Source: Pecten maximus (Eukaryota). From it: 64,000 nucleotides of DNA. The translations under genes and the position numbers were made by a program. The notes below the pieces were generated by a model. That model did not search any database and had not been told where the DNA came from. It was given only the letters and a program-made list of their open reading frames with translations. The stretch covers positions 7,378,001 to 7,442,000 of the forward strand of contig NC_047015.1 of assembly GCF_902652985.1 (NCBI RefSeq), written 5' to 3'. Shown piece after piece: positions 59,401-64,000 of this stretch (the stretch's first letter is position 1; each line of letters starts with the position of its first letter).

Positions 59401-61750
59401 GTTTTTTTGGGCTTGTATGGTTGGTGTGCTGGTTGGTTTTGTTGGGGTTACGTGGTTGGGGTTGTGTGTGGTTGGTTGTGTGGGTTGGTGTTTTGTTGTG
59501 GTTGTGGGTTGTGGGTGTGTGTTTTGGGATTGTGTCTGTTGGGTTTGTGTTTTGTTGTTTGTTAGTTTGATTGTTTGTTTTGGTTGGAGTTTTTGTTGGT
59601 GGGTTGGGTTGTGTGTTGGGTTGGGGGTGTTGGTTGTGTGTTTGGTTGTGGATTGTTGGTTGTGTAGTGGTTGGTTGTGTTGGTTGTGTGTTGTTGTTTT
59701 TTTTGGGGTTGTTGTGTAGTTGTTGTTTGTGTAAAGGTTGGTTGTTGTAAAGGGGTTTTGGTTGGTTGTTGTTGGGTTGTGTAGTGGTGGTTGTTGGTTG
59801 TTGGTTGTGTGGGATGGGTTGTTGTTTGTGGTTGTTGTTGTGGTGGTTTTTTTGTCTTGTTTTTGGTTGTGTGTGGGGGTTGTTTTTGTTGGTGTGTGGT
59901 GGTGGTGTCGTTGTTGGTTGGTAGTTTGTTGGGTTGATGTTGGTTTTGTTGTTGGTGGGGTTTGGGTTTTTGTGTTGTTGGTTGTGTAGTTGTGGTTTTG
60001 GGGTTGGGGTTTAGTGGTTGTTGTGTGTTGTGGGTGTGTTTTGGTCTGATTTTTGTGTATGGTTTTGTGTTGTGGTTTGGTTTGTGTAGTTGTCGGTTTT
60101 GTCGGTCTGTTTTTGGTTTTGGTTGCGGTTGTAGTTTTTCTGTTCTGCCCGGGGTTTGTTTTTTGTGTTTTTTGGGTTAGTTGTCGGCTTGTTGTGTTGT
60201 GGTGGGGTTGGTTTGTAGTTGTGTTTGTATTGGTTGGTGTGTATTTGGTTGTGTAGTGGTTTGTTTGGGGAGTTGTTGTGTGGGTTGGTTGGTTATGGTT
60301 GGTTGTTAGTTTGGTTGGTGTGTAGGGGTTGGGTGTGTAGTTGGTTGGCTAGTAGTGGTTGGGTTGAGGGTTGTTTGTTGGGTTGTTGTAGTTGTCGGCT
60401 TGGGTTGGGGTTTGGTTGTGTAGGGGTTGGTTGTAGTGTTGTTGTGTGGGGTTTGGGTTGTTGGTTGGTTTTATCGTGGTTGGTTTGTAGTGTTGGTTGT
60501 GTATTGTTGGCTCTTTTAGTTGGTTGGTAGGGGTTGGTTGTGTTGTTTTTGTGTTTTGTGGCTGGGGTAGTGGTTGGTTGTGTGTGTTGTTGTGAGTTTG
60601 TTGGTTGTGGTTGGTTGTAGTTGTTGTTGGGGTGGTTTGGGCTTGTTTTGGCTGGTTGTGTTGTTGTTTGTGTAGGTGGTTGGTTTTGGGTGGTTGGTAG
60701 TTGTTGGCTTTTTGTGGTTGGTTCTGGCTGTTGGTTTCGTAGTTTGTTGTGTTGTGGTCGTAGTGGTGGGCTTCTTTTGTGGTTGTCTGTAGTGGCCGTA
60801 TAGGGTTTGGTTGTGTTGGGTGGTTGGAGTGTTGGTTTTTGGGGGAATGGGTTTGGGGAAAAGTGGTTTGTGTAGGGGGTTTTTGGGTTAGTGTTGGTTG
60901 TTGGTTTGTTTGGTTGTTGGTAGGGTGGTGTGGGGGTGGGGCCCTTGGCGTGGTCTGGTTGTGATCTGTAGGTTGTTTGGTTTTTGTTTGGTTGGTGTTT
61001 TTGTGTTTGTGTGGTGTTGGTTGGGTTTTAGGGGGCTTTGTGGTGGATTTATTTGTTTGTGTGGTTGGTTGGTTGTGTTGTTGTGGTTGTTTGGGGTGGG
61101 GTTTGGTTGTTGTTGGCCCGTGTGGTGGATGAGTGGTTGGATTTGTAGGGGTTTGGGTTGGTGTGTTGTTTTAGGGTTGTTTTTAGTGGTGGTTGTGTAT
61201 TGTTGGTTGGTTAGTGGTTGGTTAGTGTGGTTGTGTGGGGTTTGGTTGTGTAGTTTGGTTGTGTGTGGTGTTTGTGGTGGTTGGTTGTTTGTGTTGGTTT
61301 TGTGTGTGGTTTGGGTTGTAGTGGTTGTTTGTGTAGTGGTTGGTTGTGTAGTGGTTGGTTGTGTAGTTGTTGGTTGTGTAGTGGTTGGTTGTGTAGTGGT
61401 TGGTTGTGTAGTTGTTGGTTCTGTTATTGTCGGTTCCCCAGTTACAGGCTCGATTGTTAAGGATACCGGCGTTGATGATATTATCTTCGTTGTTTTTACT
61501 TCTATAGTCGTTGTTTGTTTTGTCGGTGATTCCGATGTTGTTGCGGGAGTCGTTGTTTGTTCCAATGATACCTCGTGTGCGACCGTTGTTGGCGTTGTTG
61601 ATAAGTTCGTTGATGTAGATCCTGCTTGCATAGATGCTATTGTAGCTGACTGAATCGATGTTGCGAATGGTGTTGAGGGGTTGGTTGATACTGTGCTAGC
61701 CAGTGTATCATCTGTCGTTGGTGTTATGCTATCCGCATCGCCTACTTGTC
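2260..61750 (-). CDS. Partial multi-exon gene: giant mucin-SEA-EGF(11)-SEA-EGF-PKD(~7)-REJ protein (polycystin-1/REJ family); both ends outside the window
   Basis: Chain of GT-AG exons with compatible phases traced by hand. PKD motifs (WDMGDG, DYGDG, MFGDG; HxYxxxGxYxVxVxxxNxxS), REJ motifs (SDSYDPD, FTWRC, GCFG, CEINC..NPS..LGSCRDC), cbEGF D(I/V)(N/D)EC motifs and SEA PGS(I) motifs. Confidence 0.9.
2940..3680. repeat. 54-bp minisatellite (~14 units) abutting the PKD/REJ exon donor
   Basis: Unit ctagtaaactaaagtcagttttaacttacattggggttattgtaataccttggt. Confidence 0.9.
3681..6314 (-). CDS. Large exon: PKD domain array and start of REJ module
   Basis: 2634 bp, open, phase 2-2; repeated PKD cores, then SCFYPKV...VNC...YEWKIY...SDSYDPD...FTWRC...GCFG. 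Confidence 0.93.
6522..6732 (-). CDS. First PKD domain exon
   Basis: Acceptor gttcaaag|TCATT (phase 1); encodes VRYTADYGDG; donor CATAG|gttaga (phase 2). Confidence 0.85.
6864..7013 (-). CDS. Calcium-binding EGF exon after SEA2
   Basis: AVDECESEEWNSCSPYSTCTQSSGVYHCICFTGFMDIGVEDGQPPGSTCA; 150 bp. Confidence 0.88.
7197..7413 (-). CDS. SEA domain 2 C-terminal exon
   Basis: VAKIFMVTGFESNYLGTTIERYAPGSIIVISTVYF...; phase 0-1. Confidence 0.85.
7996..8123 (-). CDS. SEA domain 2 N-terminal exon
   Basis: DARVFNTTIRVLKVNDSEAVYTDELSDAESELHTYMSDSYTSS; phase 1-0; donor TCG|gtaggt. Confidence 0.85.
8140..8830. repeat. AT-rich degenerate ~30-bp minisatellite
   Basis: Units resembling tgtatacaatgtaatcattattatctgtaa. 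Confidence 0.8.
9232..9351 (-). CDS. Calcium-binding EGF exon
   Basis: DIDECKSNPCPSHSKCWNNQGNYACACEKGFYQKTPYECL; 120 bp. Confidence 0.9.
10178..10294 (-). CDS. Calcium-binding EGF exon
   Basis: DINECLWSPCMEFATCENSVGSYRCSCLPGFTMDGNTCV; 117 bp. Confidence 0.9.
10554..10679 (-). CDS. Calcium-binding EGF exon
   Basis: DINECNVDPSPCPSHSVCDNTAGSYMCTCVGGYVMVDDRSCE; 126 bp. Confidence 0.9.
10737..11195. mobile_element. Non-autonomous hairpin element: 170-bp palindrome plus 14-bp inverted repeat pair
   Basis: Palindrome 10737-10906; tttctaccacaata (10908-10921) pairs with tattgtggtagaaa (11182-11195). Confidence 0.65.
11694..11832. repeat. Long inverted repeat with a branched (T-shaped) apex
   Basis: Arms ttgaactgtttttgtatggtatttataatctatttgaatgccaa and ttggcattcaaatagatcataaataccatacaaaagcagttcaa. 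Confidence 0.8.
11989..12105 (-). CDS. Calcium-binding EGF exon
   Basis: DIDECMYGLCPPNANCTNIPGSYTCTCQTGYIDIGTMCE; 117 bp. Confidence 0.9.
12162..12815. repeat. 24/28-bp minisatellite
   Basis: Unit cactgaggta(ggta)gggagtaaataata. Confidence 0.92.
12827..15157. repeat. 38-bp minisatellite (~60 copies) made of an EGF exon 3' end plus its splice donor
   Basis: Minus-strand unit caacatcaataacacctgtaaag|gtaagtactatacac. Confidence 0.93.
15130..15246 (-). CDS. Calcium-binding EGF exon
   Basis: DTNECLTGVCGVNADCLNTKGSYQCSCKIGYTAINNNCE; 117 bp; donor GAAG|gtaagt. Confidence 0.9.
15533..15652 (-). CDS. Calcium-binding EGF exon
   Basis: [40 protein letters not shown]; 120 bp; donor GAAG|gtcggt. Confidence 0.88.
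15838..15960 (-). CDS. Calcium-binding EGF exon
   Basis: DINECDADPTPCPSNSDCVNIDGGHVCVCLTGYNKVDATCE; 123 bp. Confidence 0.9.
16189..16305 (-). CDS. Calcium-binding EGF exon
   Basis: DRDECLSFPCPGNAHCNNTDGSYNCTCFDGFISIGNTCE; 117 bp. Confidence 0.9.
17013..17129 (-). CDS. Calcium-binding EGF exon
   Basis: DINECLEGPCGDHALCYNSPGSYQCVCHPGYLMVSGGCK; 117 bp. Confidence 0.9.
17279..17398 (-). CDS. Calcium-binding EGF exon
   Basis: DVNECLAASTCPYHSDCINTEGSFTCQCKSGFVVTTEGCE; 120 bp. Confidence 0.9.
17647..17829 (-). CDS. Linker plus EGF-like domain 1
   Basis: CALKPCTGNAVCHVVQGTAICRCELGYFYNLTGCT; 183 bp, phase 1-1. Confidence 0.88.
17880..18125. repeat. 54-bp tandem repeat (~4.5 copies)
   Basis: Unit tgacatcagagttccataaaactaagtctgaccgacagaaaggtaaaacaaaaa. 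Confidence 0.9.
18226..18371 (-). CDS. SEA domain 1 C-terminal exon (SPGSIKVDYEV...)
   Basis: Acceptor tttactag|TCCAGGC, donor CTAG|gtatgt; PGS(I)xV motif. Confidence 0.85.
18469..18533 (-). CDS. SEA domain 1 middle exon (IMQLYRGAHFPGIISITFVKF)
   Basis: Acceptor cctttcag|ATT, donor TTTTC|gtaagt; 65 bp, phase 0-2, joins both flanking exons in frame. Confidence 0.8.
19082..19503 (-). CDS. End of mucin stalk and N-terminal part of SEA domain 1
   Basis: NAGNAG acceptor ttttcagcag; encodes QYLSSIALVADWDEAYEDPNSVEYRDLMHAVLAF; donor TTT|gtaagt (phase 0). Confidence 0.85.
19757..23206 (-). CDS. Mucin exon E (3450 bp): 36-bp TTLGDEPSTTTI repeats and 63-bp SSGDEPSTVSITTHGDHPSST repeats
   Basis: Lies within ORF 19698-23306; acceptor ttttttctag|CATCA, donor TCAG|gtaatg; phase 1-1. 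Confidence 0.85.
23334..23552 (-). mobile_element. Full-length tRNA-derived SINE with V-domain core
   Basis: Minus strand: GGGCCGCGGTGGCCGAGTGATTAAG (A box), GTTCGAAACC (B box), GGTTTTTCTCCGGGTACTCCGGCTTTCCTCCAC (V-SINE core), AAAC tail; direct repeat ccgttctatac at 23323-23333 and 23551-23561. Confidence 0.85.
24871..25023 (-). CDS. Short Ser/Thr-rich exon (51 codons)
   Basis: Acceptor tttttcag|TCAGT, donor ACCG|gtaagt; 153 bp, open, phase 1-1. Confidence 0.8.
25179..28527 (-). CDS. Mucin exon D (3.35 kb): PET-type repeats, then acidic 10-aa TTEATSTEPV-type repeats; one +1 frameshift near 27562
   Basis: Acceptor ttccccag|GAACAACT and donor GAAA|gtaagt; ORFs 27464-28462 and 25156-27303; length 3349 = 3n+1, matching a single extra base. 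Confidence 0.8.
28772..29422 (-). pseudogene. Degenerate mucin exon paralogue
   Basis: Acceptor ccccaag|GAACAACTAGT; PET/STT coding sequence broken at homopolymer runs (~29070, ~29135); weak donor TTTG|gtcatg. Confidence 0.55.
29744..35232 (-). CDS. Mucin exon C (~5.5 kb), 48-bp VPETTTTPVPSTTTTT repeats; contains frameshifts
   Basis: Acceptor ttccccag|GAACAACT and donor GATG|gtaagc; ORFs 32531-35269 and 29628-31001; indels near 32881 and 31220-31490. Confidence 0.7.
35428..35927 (-). pseudogene. Degenerate mucin exon paralogue
   Basis: Acceptor ccccaag|GAACAACT and donor GTCG|gtatgt; in-frame TAA at 35605-35607 and 35518-35520; 500 bp, not a multiple of 3. Confidence 0.6.
36200..36663 (-). 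pseudogene. Dead mucin exon paralogue
   Basis: Acceptor ccttcag|GAACAGCT resembles neighbouring exon starts; CCG-TAA stop at 36626-36628, followed by frameshifts; 3' boundary approximate. Confidence 0.55.
36877..47304 (-). CDS. Mucin exon B (10,428 bp, 3476 codons, uninterrupted): 51-bp SSVQITDSSTDTQTTLG repeats and 48/39-bp VPETTTTPVLSTT(STT) repeats
   Basis: Lies within ORF 36749-47311; acceptor ttttttgtggcag|GTTCA, donor GATG|gtaagc; length divisible by 3; phase 1-1. Confidence 0.88.
47612..48992. repeat. 30/31-bp minisatellite (~45 copies)
   Basis: Unit tagttgtgaactgtgtaggttagcatgttg. Confidence 0.92.
50037..50423. mobile_element. Non-autonomous hairpin element: 109-bp palindrome plus 13-bp inverted repeat pair
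   Basis: Palindrome 50037-50145; tttatcctgcaac (50178-50190) pairs with gttgcaggataaa (50411-50423). Confidence 0.62.
50476..50660 (-). mobile_element. 5'-truncated V-domain SINE (second family)
   Basis: Minus strand: GTTCGATTCC B box, GGGTTTTCCCCGGGTACTCCGGTTTCCTCCCC core, AATAAAGTTT tail. Confidence 0.78.
51540..52224. repeat. 30-bp minisatellite
   Basis: Unit gacctagatatgtatgacgggtgtcgtcgt. Confidence 0.9.
52221..53247. repeat. 30-bp minisatellite; one minus-strand frame reads NPTTQTSHTT
   Basis: Unit gggtttgttgtatgtgacgtctgtgttgtt. Confidence 0.9.
53670..61750 (-). CDS. Mucin exon A (~8.1 kb): unique start GQVGDADSITPTT, 15-bp (Q/E)PTT(T/I) repeats, then 30-bp TTVPTTAPTT repeats
   Basis: Acceptor tctgaag|GACAA at 61751/61750; donor GCAG|gtaagc at 53670/53669; phase 1-1. 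The middle (~56900-61330) is degraded. Confidence 0.75.
56900..61330. other. Degraded G/T low-complexity tract inside mucin exon A
   Basis: Almost only G and T, with recognisable remnants of ggttgtgtagtggtt. Confidence 0.8.
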
Positions 61751-62009
61751 CTTCAGATTAAAAGAAATGAAATGAAATCAATCAAGAAGACTAATCGGTG
61801 TGGACACTTTCGTATAAACGAATTATCAATTAACACACTGTGTAATATACAAAAACACAAAAATTACTAAAAGGTGTATTGATAATAAATGTTGGTAAAT
61901 TCCAGTGAAAGAGGTGCATGAAAATATAAACAATATATTGATTGATTTCTTAATCATTTCTTATTGTTCAGAAGTATCAAGTACGATTCTGCGGTTCACA
62001 AAACATTAA

Positions 62010-62150
62010 ATAGCATGTTTTACAATGCACGGTCGATACAGTCAATGAACATGTGTTTCACAATGTGCGGTTGATATTGTAAAGGAGCATGTCTTTCAAT
62101 ATGTGCGGTTGATATTGTAAAGGAGAATGTGTTTCACAATGTGCAGTTAA
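62010..62150. repeat. Short ~38-bp tandem repeat
   Basis: About 3.5 copies of caatgtgcggttgatattgtaaaggagcatgtgtttca. Confidence 0.65.
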
Positions 62151-62207
62151 ATTGAATGACACCCATGTTTCAGGAATCCATTATTGCTATTTGTATATAC
62201 ATGTATT

Positions 62208-62362
62208 TAAGGATTGATTGTCAATTTTGTTGCTTGCATGGACTGATGGAGGGAAGTGAACCTTGTGCAAATGAAGTGAACTGCGAAGCAGTTCATGTAC
62301 CATTTGCACGAGGTTCACTTCCCTTCATCAGTCCATGCAAGCAACAAAATTATCAATCCTTA
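62208..62362. repeat. 155-bp palindrome with GCGAAGC apex
   Basis: taaggattga...gaactGCGAAGCagttc...tcaatcctta. Confidence 0.85.
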
Positions 62363-63666
62363 TATTTACGTTAACCAAATTTAAAACTTCGCCACCAGAT
62401 TGCAAAATTCGGTCGCAACAGTGTGACGTAAGTGCATCACTTTGTAACATTGTTATACTTATCGTACATGTGTGCACAGTAGTGGAACAGCAGACAGTCA
62501 ACTATTCTCGTCGCCAAGGCAACACAAAATATAGTGCCATACACTTTTTGATTATTACGATGTTGATACACATAGATACGATATTTTCAAGGTAAAATAT
62601 TCATTTATAACAAATATTTATGATATTGTATAATAAAAACTTAGCAATACCCATATAGATACGAATTTAAAGTGCAGTGTTGACAGTATAGTATGTGTGT
62701 GATTTGGTCACTCGAGACACAGGGACTCGGTTGAAAAAATGATGCGATGCAGTCTAGCCGGGATATGCAGAGCTCGAGAAAAAGTGTAACCATGTGGATT
62801 TTAGTCGGAGGTTAGCTGGTGATGTACATTGTGTTCTTGAAATATTGGATTTCATTGTCGCATTGGCGTTTTGGGATGTAAATTCTGATATTAGATCTAG
62901 TAAGTAAAGAAACATTGATTTGAAAATTGGCGGTATTCGACGGCCGGAAACTTGTGTCCTCCATATGTTTAGATGGAGTCAAATTACGACAATAATATGT
63001 CCCTGTTCTCGATATAGCATACTTCTGCTACCAGTCTGTTTTGTGTTGTTAAATAGTGTTTAAATTCAGGTTTATTTTCTGTGACCACTGAAATGGTATT
63101 AAGCATGGCATTCGAGATACAGCTAACGTTAGACCTACTGCGCTACGTAGGTCATGAGCTCGGTGCTATCGAGAGTGTCAGTGTTCTGTCAGATCCTGTT
63201 TTCTAAACTGTCTGCATTATACTGGCATTTTTATTAGCACATAAACCGGCTATTCCACTTGTGTTCATATACGTTAATAACAATGTTACACAATTCACAA
63301 AGTGAAAGTGCATTAAAGTCTGAGGCGGTACAGAACTCGATCGCCATTGTAAACTCAGTGAATGTATTCACACGCCGGCAAGAAAGTGATTCGTCTCACA
63401 GAACAGAAGCACGCGACCCAAAATCTTCAACGGGAAATGAAGTGATCTGAATTTACTATGTTCATTGAGGCGGAGCGAAGTGAAAATGTAAATATTTATA
63501 TTTAAGAGACTATTTGTTTGTCAAGTTTTAGTATTTGATCAAAATCACAATTTTCTTTCTTTTACATTTTTCGGAAGTGTTTTCTGAAAATTAACGTTTT
63601 CCAGATGATCAATTCAGCGCTGTGTTAGATGTCAGCGTATATCGATACGGCGCTAAAACTCCTGTC

Positions 63667-63701
<35 letters not shown>

Positions 63702-64000
63702 GATTGGTGTCAGATTAGATTGGTGTCAGATTAGATTGGTGTCAGATTAGACAGGTGTCAGATTATACTGGTGTCAGATTAGACAGATGTCAGATTAGAC
63801 AGGTGTCAGATTAGATTGGTGTCAGATTAGATTGGTGTCAGATTAGATTGGTGTCTGATTAGACTGATGTCAGATTATACTGGTGTCAGATTAGACAGAC
63901 GTCAGATTAGACAGGTGTCCGATTAGACTGATGTCAGATTAGACTGGTGTCAGATTAGACTGGTGTCAGATTAGACTGGTGTCAGATTAAACAGGTGTCA
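63667..64000. repeat. 16-bp minisatellite running off the window end
   Basis: Unit cagattagactggtgt. Confidence 0.92.

Noticed and set aside
55042-61460. Cys/Trp/Val/Gly-rich ORFs resembling metallothioneins or keratin-associated proteins
   Set aside because: Products of G/T low-complexity sequence that lacks stop codons.
61753-64000. Search for the start or signal-peptide exon
   Set aside because: No convincing Met plus hydrophobic stretch with a phase-1 donor; probably beyond the window.

Overview
AT-rich metazoan genomic DNA, probably a bivalve mollusc (inferred from the SINE and repeat types). The window is almost entirely filled by one minus-strand, multi-exon gene that runs off both ends. 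Splice sites were traced by hand from 61750 down to 2260. The gene encodes about 31 kb (~10,000 aa) of Thr/Ser/Pro mucin repeats in giant symmetric phase 1-1 exons. These are followed by a SEA domain, 11 EGF modules (10 calcium-binding type), a second SEA domain, one more cbEGF, about 7 PKD domains and the start of a REJ module. This is a polycystin-1/REJ-family receptor with an enormous mucin stalk. The signal peptide and the expected GPS, transmembrane and PLAT regions are not in the window. All globular-domain exons are intact and phase-compatible. The mucin cassette mixes intact, frameshifted and dead paralogous exons. The introns hold minisatellites built from the gene's own splice donors, two V-domain tRNA SINEs, four long hairpin elements (two with strand-specific tandem G.A mismatches) and a 4.4-kb degraded G/T tract that is probably an assembly artefact.
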